In this document: piece by piece, positions 48,753 to 58,122 of the stretch
How the letters are laid out: every line of letters begins with the position of its first letter
Position numbering within the stretch: the first letter of the stretch is position 1
Origin: an uncultured Poribacteria bacterium
GTDB lineage: Bacteria > Poribacteria > WGA-4E > WGA-3G
Length of the DNA: 64,000 bases
Direction: 5' to 3'
Assembly (NCBI GenBank): GCA_951813565.1
Contig: OX638351.1
Coordinates: 1,696,001 to 1,760,000, forward strand
Program-made: the position numbers and the translations under genes
The notes under the pieces: generated by a model
Seen by the model: the letters and a program-made list of their open reading frames with translations, nothing else
Told to the model about the DNA's origin: nothing
The model's database searches: none

Positions 48753-49721
48753 TTATAATGTTATGGACTTGCCACTCCGCGCACATTCATAAATAGCCAT
48801 GTTAAGTGCAACAGAACGTCTGCCTTCATATCCATCAACTGCTGGTGCAGCATCATCGTGGATCACTCGTAAAACATCTTGAATAACATTACCGGGATAG
48901 GGTGGAAGTTCAATTTCCGGCTCTTTTCCTTCGGGGAACTGCCATACTTCTGGTCCAAGGCCAACGATTCCATGTTCACCGTGGATATGAATCATTGACA
49001 CATTACCTCCAGGATAAGTTGTGGTAGTTAAGACGTGCCCCAGGGCACCGTTTTCAAATTCTAAAATTGCGGAGGTCATATCTTCGGTTTCGCAATTTTC
49101 GTGGTCGTAAACATCAAAGTGTGAACCGATAACTCTTTTGACGGGTCCCATAAACCAGAGCATTAGGTCAATATAGTGTACGCCTTGGTTCATGATAGAG
49201 CCGCCGCCATCAAATTCCCAAGTGCCATGCCAACCGACGTAGTAACTATCTGGGCGTTTCCATTTCATCCGTAGTTCGCACAGAAGAGGTCTACCTATAG
49301 CGCCTTGTTCCAGTGCAGTCTTGATTCGCCGATTATGTCCTCCGTATCGTTCCCCAAAGTCAACGAGTAGTTTGACGTTGTTGTCTTCACAAGTTTTGAT
49401 GAGCGAATTACAATTTTCAACACTGACATCCATCGGTTTTGTGGTGATGACATGTTTTCCGCGGCGTGCTGCTTCCTCACCGAACTTTCCGTGGAGGCCG
49501 CTCGGGGTCATAATCATTGCCACATCAATATCGTCACGGTCGAGCATTTCAAGCGCATCTTCGTGGCTTTCGCACCCGAATTTTTCTTCAGCAGCTTTAC
49601 GTCGATCTTCTTTTAGGTCCGCAACAGCAACGAGTTCAGCACCGTCTGTACTATGAATTACACCTGAACGATTCATGCCCATACCTAAGCCGACAACACC
49701 GAAACGTAGATTATTAGCCAT
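48753..49721 (-). CDS. Gfo/Idh/MocA family oxidoreductase
   Basis: 'FGVVGLGMG', 'TPSGLH', 'GGGSIMNQGVHYID', 'TED'; AGGAG RBS before ATG 49721. Confidence 0.88.
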   Translation of the reverse strand: MANNLRFGVVGLGMGMNRSGVIHSTDGAELVAVADLKEDRRKAAEEKFGCESHEDALEMLDRDDIDVAMIMTPSGLHGKFGEEAARRGKHVITTKPMDVSVENCNSLIKTCEDNNVKLLVDFGERYGGHNRRIKTALEQGAIGRPLLCELRMKWKRPDSYYVGWHGTWEFDGGGSIMNQGVHYIDLMLWFMGPVKRVIGSHFDVYDHENCETEDMTSAILEFENGALGHVLTTTTYPGGNVSMIHIHGEHGIVGLGPEVWQFPEGKEPEIELPPYPGNVIQDVLRVIHDDAAPAVDGYEGRRSVALNMAIYECARSGKSITL

Positions 49722-49885
49722 TAAAATTCTCCTAATAACGTGCCTTTCTCGGATTCTCCTGATGAAAGTACGCAAATAATTCTCACCGCCAGACAAAACT
49801 CAACGAAGGTCTGGCAAAAGTTCAAAACTAATTTTCAGTATTATAGCATATATACGTCCGATGCGATACAAAAAACTGATATTCC

Positions 49886-50335
49886 CAGGGCTATTTAGTT
49901 TTCGGTTTTTCTTCTATATTTTTCACGTTTCCATATAAACCATCTGTAGGTCCAAATCAACGCTGAATGCGCGCATGGCATTCAGCGGGTGTCGCAAGCT
50001 CTACCCATAGGCGTCAATTTAAGGATATACCTTCTTGTGGGAGGGTTAAAAACCCCTCCCACAAGAAGGTATATCCAGCATTTTTTCTTAAGTTGACAGT
50101 TATGGGTGTCGCAAGCTCTACCCGACGGACAATATAAACTTTCAGTAACACGCATTAACTAATAATTCTTAAAACTATAGTAAAACCTATAATTAATGGG
50201 ACACTTCTGTAGCGCAAACTTTTAGTTTGCGTCTCATAAGGCACAAACTAAAAGTTTGTGCTACAACTTCTATTGTCCATTATCTTTCCAAGACAAGTTT
50301 ATCAAAGTGTCCCAATAATTTCAAAGTTCACTATA
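49886..50335. mobile_element. Nested MITE/REP block
   Basis: CAGGGCTATTTAGTTTT left end, duplicated 20-bp hairpin (49987-50006 and 50104-50123), then a TATAGTAAAACC...GTTCACTATA element (~50176-50335). Confidence 0.7.
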
Positions 50336-50339
50336 ATTA

Positions 50340-50520
50340 TAATATTGCTGATATTCCTTTCAAAGAAGTCAAAAGTGGTTCTGGTTATCTTAGTCAAAAC
50401 GATATGCGGTTGCATTTCGGGTTAGGCGATGCTAAACAAATTAACTCAGTGACAGGCCGACGGCTGTGTGGACATGTTAAGACTTTGAGAAAAATGATGC
50501 GAATCAGATGCTTGTTATAG
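50340..50520 (+). pseudogene. ASPIC/UnbV (CRTAC1-like) domain remnant
   Basis: 'EVKSGSGYLSQNDMRLHFGLG' signature with no intact N-terminus; upstream sequence is MITE. Confidence 0.65.
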
Positions 50521-50533
50521 AGGGAAGTGGTCA

Positions 50534-51208
50534 TTAAATTCGGTTAAAAAAATGGTCGCAAGATGCCTGCAAACCACATGCTTGACATTCTGGTGTTTTC
50601 TGACATACTCTCGCACCATGCCGAACAATCAAGGCGTGGTATTCGTTGAATAGTTCCACATCGTGTGGTAGGTTATCCATAAATAGCGCGCGGAGTCTTG
50701 CATAGTGAAAGTTTCCCTCAACCCATCCTAATCGACTCAGTAGTCTGTAAGTATAAGTATCAACGACAAAACTCGGTTTTTCTGCGGCATAAAGAATAAT
50801 TGAATCCGCAGTTTCGGGACCAACACCGTAGATAGAGAGTAATTCTTCTCGCAATTCGGGAACGTTTTGCTTGAACATTACCTGCATCGGACGTTCGACA
50901 ATATGTTCCACAAATGCACGCACCTTTTTCGTTTTCATTCGAAAATATCCAGAAGGTCGTAGTAGTTGTTCCAGTTCGTCTTGACTGATAGCGTGTATCT
51001 GTTCAGGTGTAAATGTATCTGCTGCCTTGAGGTTATCAATCGCTTTCACAACGTTACGCCATGCAGTCGCTTGCGTTAAGATAGCGCCAAGAGCAACTTC
51101 AAAAGGTGTATCTGCGGGCCACCACTTAAGCGTCCCGTGTTCCGTTTGGAGTTGATGATATAGGTCAAGCAGTTTTTTATTGAGATTCTCTTCACAAATG
51201 ATTCGCAT
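50534..51208 (-). CDS. Endonuclease III-related HhH-GPD DNA glycosylase
   Basis: 'PFEVALGAILTQ', HhH 'LLSIYGVGPETADSI', 'VVDTY', C-terminal Cys cluster 'CQKTPECQACGLQASC'. Confidence 0.88.
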   Translation of the reverse strand: MRIICEENLNKKLLDLYHQLQTEHGTLKWWPADTPFEVALGAILTQATAWRNVVKAIDNLKAADTFTPEQIHAISQDELEQLLRPSGYFRMKTKKVRAFVEHIVERPMQVMFKQNVPELREELLSIYGVGPETADSIILYAAEKPSFVVDTYTYRLLSRLGWVEGNFHYARLRALFMDNLPHDVELFNEYHALIVRHGARVCQKTPECQACGLQASCDHFFNRI

Positions 51209-51240
51209 ATCGGTATAATTTGTATAATTCCTAATTTAAG

Positions 51241-51592
51241 CTATAGTTTGGACAATTTTTTTCAACATGAATTGATATAAAAAATTGGTTTACCATTTAT
51301 GTTACCAAACCAACACAAAACGTACAAAATAGAAACCTGCTTTGCTCCAGCGGAGCAATATGTTTATAGCCACTGATGAACCGGCATATCCGCTCCAGCG
51401 GAGGGATATGTGATTTCCAACACATAGCACTCCGCTGGAGCGCAAGAATGTGGCATACCGTTTTCTATAGACATAGCACTCCGCTGGAGTGCGGCATTTT
51501 TCGTGGAGTTCCGCTGATATGCAAAACTCGTAAAAAAATAGATTTTCCGTTGAAACTCAACTTTCTTGAGACAAGAATTGTCCAAACTATAG
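51241..51592. mobile_element. MITE with internal CTCC[A/G]GC[G/T]GGAG hairpin repeats
   Basis: TIR CTATAGTTTGGACAATT / AATTGTCCAAACTATAG; four GCTCCAGCGGAG or ACTCCGCTGGAG palindromes inside. Confidence 0.72.
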
Positions 51593-51618
51593 TCCTATTC
51601 AAACAGTGAGGATAAAAT

Positions 51619-52506
51619 ATGAACATCAGTTTTAGTATCGGTGTTGGCGGTGATGCGTGGAGTCTTGCTGAATGTGCAGCGTGGGCAAAAGCCAACGATT
51701 TTGACGCAATCCGTCCCTACACTACCGGGCTTTTTGAACCGAACCAGATTATACAATCAGGCGGCGAAGAAGTCAAGGAGATTTTGGCTGATACAGACAT
51801 CTATCTCGCGGCTTTAACGGCACATGCTAACCTCTTAGACGATGATACAGAAAAACGAGAAAATGCTCGTGATATGTTGATGCACGCAATTGAAGCAGCA
51901 CACATCCTTGAAATTCCAGTGGTAGTGACTTACGCGGGAAGCCCTGTCAGTTGGCATTTTTATGGACAATTTTCTTCCGAACCGGGTAATCCGGGTGATC
52001 GTTCCGCTGAACTCGTCGAACGATTCAAGGAGATGTGGTCACCTGTGGTTGGGTTCGCGGAAGAGAAAGGCGTAAGGCTCGCGTTGGATTGTGCTGTTCG
52101 TATGGGTAATATCGCTTGTAATCCAGAAATGTGGGAACGTATCCTTGATGCTGTGCCTTCTAACGCTCTTGGGTTATCTTGCGACCCATCGCACTGGCTA
52201 TGGATGGGAATTTTGCCTGCTGAAGACGCTATCCGTATGTTTAGCGGGAAGTGGTATTATGCGGATGTTAAGGATTGCGAAATTAGTCCACGTATGCTTT
52301 TTAGGCAAGGTATTATCGGTAACTGGTGGTGGCAGTATCGGGTGCCGGGACGCGGACAATTAAACTGGGGAACGATTATAGGCGCGTTGCTGGAATCTGG
52401 GTACGATTATGTTCTCTGTGTCGAAAACGAAGACCGTGGGGCACCGGGGTTAGAAGGTTTTGCGATAGGTTGTAGGCATCTCCGCCAATTCTTGTCAAAT
52501 TCTTGA
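51619..52506 (+). CDS. Sugar phosphate isomerase/epimerase (xylose isomerase-like TIM barrel)
   Basis: 'LGLSCDPSHW', 'DVKD', 'YRVPGRGQLNW', 'VENED'. Confidence 0.85.
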   Translation: MNISFSIGVGGDAWSLAECAAWAKANDFDAIRPYTTGLFEPNQIIQSGGEEVKEILADTDIYLAALTAHANLLDDDTEKRENARDMLMHAIEAAHILEIPVVVTYAGSPVSWHFYGQFSSEPGNPGDRSAELVERFKEMWSPVVGFAEEKGVRLALDCAVRMGNIACNPEMWERILDAVPSNALGLSCDPSHWLWMGILPAEDAIRMFSGKWYYADVKDCEISPRMLFRQGIIGNWWWQYRVPGRGQLNWGTIIGALLESGYDYVLCVENEDRGAPGLEGFAIGCRHLRQFLSNS

Positions 52507-52542
52507 GTGCCGTAATATGAACATGAGATTGAATGTTGGGAC

Positions 52543-53145
52543 TTATAGTAAAATCTATAATTACTTGGACACTTTGAATCAACGCCAAATGCTCTTATGG
52601 CATTTGGCGGGTGCGGTTAGGAAACCGCACCATAGGTGTCAATTTAAGAAAAGTATTGTAATGTGAGTTTGATAAATCAGATTTTTGGACTCGGTGCGGT
52701 TAGGAAACCGCACCTACCGGGCTTATGAGAATAAGATTTTATGGAAAATGAAGTTCATATATCTATTATCAACTCACGTTATTGTAGGTTGGGTGGAGCG
52801 ATAGCGTAACCCGCTGAATGCCAAAAGGGCATTCACAGCGTTGATTTGAACATGGTAAGTAGGCACGCTCCGCGGGTTTTCGTCCACAAGCAATAGAATC
52901 ACGGCACACGGCATGTGCCTACTACTATGCATTACACTTCTAAACCGCACCTACCAGGGATGTGCACATATTTTTAGATTTTACTATAATAACCCAAGTT
53001 GCTACCTATATCGCGAATGCTCTTGTAGGAGGGGTTTCTAACCCCGATTTAGAAAAGAAAGCATAAGAATTAGCTGGAAATCCTTGTTTTTCAGTAAAAA
53101 GCAATGTCTGCAAGCTTGAAATCTTGTCCGTAGCAACTTAGGTTA
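52543..53145. mobile_element. Multi-layer nested MITE/REP block
   Basis: TATAGTAAAATCTA...TAGATTTTACTATA outer ends (~52543-52988), GGTGCGGTTAGGAAACCGCACC REPs, a GTGAGTTTGATA/TATCAACTCAC MITE, two AATCAAC hairpins, and a TAACCCAAGTTGCTAC MITE at 52990-53145. Confidence 0.72.
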
Positions 53146-53174
53146 TAATATTAGGTTTGCAAACTCTCCTACAA

Positions 53175-53218
53175 AAATATTAAAGGGCAGTGCTATAAAG
53201 CACTGCCCTTTAATATTT
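53175..53218 (-). terminator. Intrinsic terminator downstream of the secreted-protein gene
   Basis: Perfect 20-bp inverted repeat AAATATTAAAGGGCAGTGCT / AGCACTGCCCTTTAATATTT. Confidence 0.75.
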
Positions 53219-53272
53219 AATAATGATAGATTAGATAGCAACCACTATTATGGTTACTAAACGGATATGGTG

Positions 53273-54472
53273 TTACTTAGCACTTTTTAAGCTGCCCCAA
53301 GTAGTGACGAGTTTACCTTTAGCTTCAACAGGAGTGCCCAAATCAGCAGGCGTTTTATAGGCAGTTTCTACTTCACCTCGAATACCGAAGTGCATGCCCC
53401 AGCCGCCGCCAGCGTCACTGACTTTGACCAGCAACAAGTTGTCACCTTGTATCAGATTAACTGTAAACTCCTCTTGCCATCTGGATCTTCCACGGTTAAC
53501 CGCGTTAGTGAGAACAACTTCACCATTAAGCCAGACTTTGATAGAATCATCGCTTCCAGCAAGCAATGTGACTTCCTTAGTTTCGTCAGCAACAAGTGTA
53601 AGGAGTCCATAAGCTGCTATGTGGTCCAAAGCACCTTCTTCTATTCCTGCTTCATTAACAAGCGTATTGAGGTCACCGTTTTCAGGCAGATCAGCGAGGG
53701 TCCAATCGTAATCGCCGACACTGTCCCCTTCAGATGCTCCAATTGTAGCTATCATCTCTTCGGTAACTACATCCTTGCTTGCAGCTGCCAGTAAATCAAC
53801 GTCGGTGGCAGCTGCTCCACCCTGTCCTTCTTCAGCTTTAGCGATCATCCAAAGCCAATTTGTGTAAATATCTACTACAGGAACATACGGGGTTTCAAGG
53901 ATACCTACGTGCATGCCCCATCCACCACCAGCTTCACTGATTTTGACCATCAAAAAGTTGTCGCCTTGTTTCAGACTAATTCCGAACTCATCTTGCCACA
54001 TGCCACGTCCACGGTTAACAGCATTGGTAAAAACGACTTCACCATTCAGCCAGACTTTGATGGAATCATCACTACCGGTTTTCATTGTCGCCTCTTGTGC
54101 CTTATCCGATACGTACGTATAAAGTGCGTATGAAGTAACGTGATCCAATGCACCTTCTGCCATTCCCGTTTCATTGACAACAGCATTGATGTCCCCGTTT
54201 TCGGGCAATTCAGCGAGTGTCCACTTATAATCCCCAACAGTGTCACCCTCTTTTGCGCCACTTTTAGCCACCATTTCTTCAGTAATTTTATTATCGCTTG
54301 CAACTGCAAGTGAATCGATATCGGTAGAAGCTGCTCCACCCTGTCCCGCTTCGGTTGGTGCGATAATCCAAAGCCATGGACCGAGAATTTGATCTTGCGC
54401 ATCAGCAGTGCGTGGCATAACTGAAAGAATCATCAGAAACGCTAAACCTAATACAAATAATTTCCTGTACAT
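53273..54472 (-). CDS. Secreted protein with two tandem beta-rich domains and C-terminal 'PVEAKGKLVTTWGSLK' motif
   Basis: Signal peptide ending ADA-Q; duplicated 'WLW.IA..E.GQGGAA.TD...GSDDSIKVWLNGEVV.TNAVNRG...GGGWGMH' domain; TGGAGG RBS before ATG 54472. Confidence 0.8.
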   Translation of the reverse strand: MYRKLFVLGLAFLMILSVMPRTADAQDQILGPWLWIIAPTEAGQGGAASTDIDSLAVASDNKITEEMVAKSGAKEGDTVGDYKWTLAELPENGDINAVVNETGMAEGALDHVTSYALYTYVSDKAQEATMKTGSDDSIKVWLNGEVVFTNAVNRGRGMWQDEFGISLKQGDNFLMVKISEAGGGWGMHVGILETPYVPVVDIYTNWLWMIAKAEEGQGGAAATDVDLLAAASKDVVTEEMIATIGASEGDSVGDYDWTLADLPENGDLNTLVNEAGIEEGALDHIAAYGLLTLVADETKEVTLLAGSDDSIKVWLNGEVVLTNAVNRGRSRWQEEFTVNLIQGDNLLLVKVSDAGGGWGMHFGIRGEVETAYKTPADLGTPVEAKGKLVTTWGSLKSAK

Positions 54473-54742
54473 GAAAAACCTCCATTTAATTTTGTTAACA
54501 AAATAAAGCAGTAACATTTAACGTCATTTATCCTTAGAACGTCAATTTCTGATTTATTTTAAAGGATAAACGTTTATTTCACAATTAGTTTAACAAAAAC
54601 TCGTAATTAAGTCAAACTTAAAAACCCATAAATAATTATACTACAATCAAATTAAAGGGTTTATACTATAACATTTCCTATAAAAATTCTCTTTGAATGA
54701 AGAGAAAACCGAAACACTATTTTGTGAGATATCAGGTCAGAA

Positions 54743-55426
54743 TTACCGGATATTCTTAATTTGTGCCCATTGCGTTGTTAATTTGCCAGCGGGTTCAACA
54801 GGTAGAATAGCGTTAATCTCAGCAAGTTCATAGTCGCCACCTACGCCGAAGTGCATACCCCATCCACCAGTACGTTCGCTGACCTTTATCATGATCAAAT
54901 TGTTTCCCTTTTTTAGATCAACCTTTAAATGATCTTGGAAGGTGTTGTCATTGCCGCGTCCACGGTTTGTTGCGTTGGTATGAACGACTTCGCCGTTAAC
55001 CCAGACCTTAACTGAGTCATCACTGCTGACACCCATCGCTACGTTTGCTTGTGCTCTTTTCGTTCTAAGGACTATTAACGCATAAGATGTTATGTCATCT
55101 AACGCGCCCGCTTCCAAACCTACGTTATTAACAAGAACATTAATGTCTCCGTTATTAGCAAGTGTGCCAGGTGTCCACTCATAATCTCCAACCTCATTTC
55201 CTTCTCTCGCACCGTTTTTGGCGACTTCCTCTTCGGTGACTTCGCCATTGCTGACTTCATCAAGTGAATCAATATTGGTGGAACCAGCACCGCCTTGTCC
55301 ACCGGCAGTTTTAGCAATCATCCAGAGATACGGACCAAGTATTTTTTGCTGAGCCTCAGCAGTCAGCGTCATCACCGAAAGACTCATCAGACAAACTAAT
55401 CCTATTATACACAATTTCCTGAACAT
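54743..55426 (-). CDS. Secreted single-domain paralog with C-terminal 'PVEPAGKLTTQWAQIK' motif
   Basis: Signal peptide AEA-Q; one copy of the same domain; AAGGAGG upstream. Confidence 0.8.
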   Translation of the reverse strand: MFRKLCIIGLVCLMSLSVMTLTAEAQQKILGPYLWMIAKTAGGQGGAGSTNIDSLDEVSNGEVTEEEVAKNGAREGNEVGDYEWTPGTLANNGDINVLVNNVGLEAGALDDITSYALIVLRTKRAQANVAMGVSSDDSVKVWVNGEVVHTNATNRGRGNDNTFQDHLKVDLKKGNNLIMIKVSERTGGWGMHFGVGGDYELAEINAILPVEPAGKLTTQWAQIKNIR

Positions 55427-55551
55427 TGTATATAACCTCCTACATAATTTTGTAGTAATTCTTAGTATTTGATAATAATATGTAAATAATAATACATTTT
55501 AGGCTATTTTAGCAGAATGATAAAAAAAGTCAACATTTTTCTAAAAAAATT

Positions 55552-56959
55552 CGCAATAAGTAGTTTTGGACTTGCAACAAAATTTTAAAAATCGCTCTAA
55601 ATCCTTGTGTAGACTACATTTTTCGCTTGTTTTAATTGTGAAAATATGATACAATTTAGATAAGAAATTAGAGGGCTGTTAACCCCCTAATTGAACACAA
55701 AAAAGCGAGTTGCTTTTCTGGCATTCTGTCTTATCTAGTTATTGTATCAGAAACCTGTCAGAAAAAGCAACTCCTAAAAAGGAGTTTTCTGATGGATTTG
55801 TTGAAAGTGATGGAACGATTCCCTGATCAAGAGAGTTGTATTGAACATTTAGAGAGTATTCGGTGGAAGGGTAAACCGAAGTGTCCACATTGTGATTGCC
55901 CAAACGCTGCAAGACGAACAGAAACGGAATTGGGACGCATCGGACGCTTGCAATGCCACGATTGCACTGCTACTTTCAAGGTTACTTGTGGCACGGTGTT
56001 TCACGGGACAAAGATAGCACTTCAGAAGTGGTTTTTGGCTATCTCGTTGATGATGAATGCTAAAAAGAGCCTTTCAAGTCATCAGTTGGCAAGAGATTTG
56101 GACTTGGATCAAAAGACTGCGTGGCGTATGGGAACATGTATCCGTGCTGAAATGGCTAAAGATAATATCCTCTTACAAGGTATCATAGAGGCTGACGAAA
56201 CTTATGTCGGGGGTAAACCTCGCAAAGCGAACAAAAAAGAGGACAGGGATCCTGCTAAGCGTGGGCGTGGCACTGATAAAGATGCTATCATCGGAGCGAT
56301 TGAACGCGGTGGGAAAGTTGTGGCAAGACTCGCAAAAGATTTGACGGGACGGACTATCTTAAATTTTATTCGCGAAGTTGTTAAAGTAGATAAATCGCAG
56401 TTGATGACTGATGAGTATAAAGCTTATCTCACACTCGGTAAAGAGATGAAGCACCATATCATTGATCATCAAGAACAATTTGTTGACGGTGATGTCCATA
56501 CCAATACGATTGAAGGCTTCTGGTCACTTCTCAAACGTGCTTGGTATGGAAGTCATCACCACTATTGGACTGAATACACGCCCCTATATGTCGCAGAGGC
56601 GTGCTATAAATACAACTATAGGAGCATTGAGAGCATTTTTGATAAGTTTGTCAATGAGAGTATGAGATGAAGACTCACTCAACGATGGCAGAAGAACTTA
56701 AAGAATAAGGTCTTGACAAGCTGGACCACACTAATATCACAACGGCAAAACGATTAGAAGAATTGTCTGCCGTTGCAAAGTATCTATCAAGCGCGCTCAA
56801 CTTTTATACCGATGTGAGTTGGAGGGGCAGAAGTTCTCGCAGATTAGAGTTAGAAATTAGTCTTCGCCGTTTAGTGCTTTTCCGAATTCTCATACCCTAT
56901 TAAGTATAAATTTCCATAACGCTTAAGGGCTTTTTGCAAGTCCAAAACTACTTATTGCG
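55552..56959 (+). mobile_element. IS1595-family insertion sequence (~1.4 kb)
   Basis: Perfect 26-bp inverted repeats CGCAATAAGTAGTTTTGGACTTGCAA (55552-55577) and 56934-56959 bracket the transposase; no clear TSD. Confidence 0.82.
55792..56670 (+). CDS. IS1595-family (ISXO2-like) transposase
   Basis: Zn ribbon 'CPHC...CHDC', 'IEADETYVGG', 'LMTDEY', 'VHTNTIEGFWSLLKR'. Confidence 0.92.
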   Translation: MDLLKVMERFPDQESCIEHLESIRWKGKPKCPHCDCPNAARRTETELGRIGRLQCHDCTATFKVTCGTVFHGTKIALQKWFLAISLMMNAKKSLSSHQLARDLDLDQKTAWRMGTCIRAEMAKDNILLQGIIEADETYVGGKPRKANKKEDRDPAKRGRGTDKDAIIGAIERGGKVVARLAKDLTGRTILNFIREVVKVDKSQLMTDEYKAYLTLGKEMKHHIIDHQEQFVDGDVHTNTIEGFWSLLKRAWYGSHHHYWTEYTPLYVAEACYKYNYRSIESIFDKFVNESMR

Positions 56960-56994
56960 TTTTTATTTAACGTAGTAGGATTTTCTCCAGTTCG

Positions 56995-57225
56995 CTAAAG
57001 TTTGGCATTTTGTTGGTTCCCTTCCATTTTTTTGACCCGTCCTGCCTTAATATCAGCACGCAATTTTGGGGCAAGTTGAGCGAGTTGATCTTGTGATTCA
57101 GCAAAAGCCTTATCCCATCGCCGTTCATCTTCAAGTTCTTCAAGAATTATAGTAGCGATGGCATCCTGTTTTTCGGGAGGTAGTTTATATACCTCAATGA
57201 GTACTTTTTCAAGTAGCTGCGTCAA
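56995..57225 (-). CDS. Small conserved hypothetical protein, antitoxin-like
   Basis: AAGGAGG RBS; 'TQLLEK...KLPPEKQDAIATIILEELEDERRWD.AF..SQDQL' resembles small TA-associated proteins; no toxin gene is visible downstream, where the IS begins. Confidence 0.55.
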   Translation of the reverse strand: MTQLLEKVLIEVYKLPPEKQDAIATIILEELEDERRWDKAFAESQDQLAQLAPKLRADIKAGRVKKMEGNQQNAKL

Positions 57226-57254
57226 AATATTTTCCTCCTTTATGAATTTTGCAC

Positions 57255-57995
57255 TTATATCACGCGTAGGTCAACATCTATATCAACATCACGCGTAAGC
57301 GTATTGGTCACGGGTGAGGCGGCGAGGGTTTCCTCCCAGAGCTTTTCTAATACTTCGTCATCTGCATCCGATGCGACATAAATTGTGCCGCGAACCTCTT
57401 TGAACCCGCTATGTCCCTCCTGCTCCGTGCCGAGAAAGACAAAGATATTGTCAATCTGACTGCTTAAGGAAATTTCTAACTCATCAATTTCAATCTTCTG
57501 CTGTGATGCGCGAATCTGGAATCCCATCGCCAAACATGCACCAAGCGCACCGAGAACATATTCTACTGCACTCGGTGCAGCATCCTGCACATCAAAACTT
57601 GCGGGTTGTCCCACTGACCATGAATGATTTCTGCAGAAAACTTTTGCCTGGAGACCACCATCCCAATGGATACGTGTCTGCCATCTATAGTCTCGTGCTT
57701 GTTCAAAAGCAGCATCCGCATTCTGTTCTGCTTCGCCGCGCCTCACGAAGTATTTGTTATGCTCTGTTGCGGGGCGCCATCCAAGATAAGGGTTTTCGGT
57801 CATCCGACACCACGCGGGCAAGTCTTCTTTGACGCTAATCTCTGTGCTGCGGATCTCCAACACTTCCCCATCTGGCACTTTTTCCATAGATTTGCGAATG
57901 AGTAATAGCAACCCAGAACCGCAGTCAAGGTTTCCGCCCTCACATATATGAGGGGTTTGAAGTGAGTCAGGAGCTTGTAAATTTTCTTCTCGCAT
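57255..57995 (-). CDS. TusA/SirA-OsmC fusion protein
   Basis: N-terminal 'GGNLDCGSGLLL...LEIRS...DLPAWCRMT'; C-terminal OsmC-like 'PSAVEYVLGALGACL...SPVTNTL'. Confidence 0.8.
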   Translation of the reverse strand: MREENLQAPDSLQTPHICEGGNLDCGSGLLLLIRKSMEKVPDGEVLEIRSTEISVKEDLPAWCRMTENPYLGWRPATEHNKYFVRRGEAEQNADAAFEQARDYRWQTRIHWDGGLQAKVFCRNHSWSVGQPASFDVQDAAPSAVEYVLGALGACLAMGFQIRASQQKIEIDELEISLSSQIDNIFVFLGTEQEGHSGFKEVRGTIYVASDADDEVLEKLWEETLAASPVTNTLTRDVDIDVDLRVI

Positions 57996-58122
57996 TGTTA
58001 TTTTATACCATAAAGATATTCTGAAATCTGGGTTAAGAATCTTTTGTGAAGAAAGTTTTTGTGTGTATTTAGTAGGACTTAGCAATGTGTTTTAGGTAGG
58101 TTATAGGAAATTATATTTTGAT

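Noticed and set aside
51340..51500. Possible CRISPR array from CTCC(A/G)GC(G/T)GGAG repeats
   Set aside because: Short palindromes in alternating orientation inside a TIR-bounded element, typical of a REP cluster
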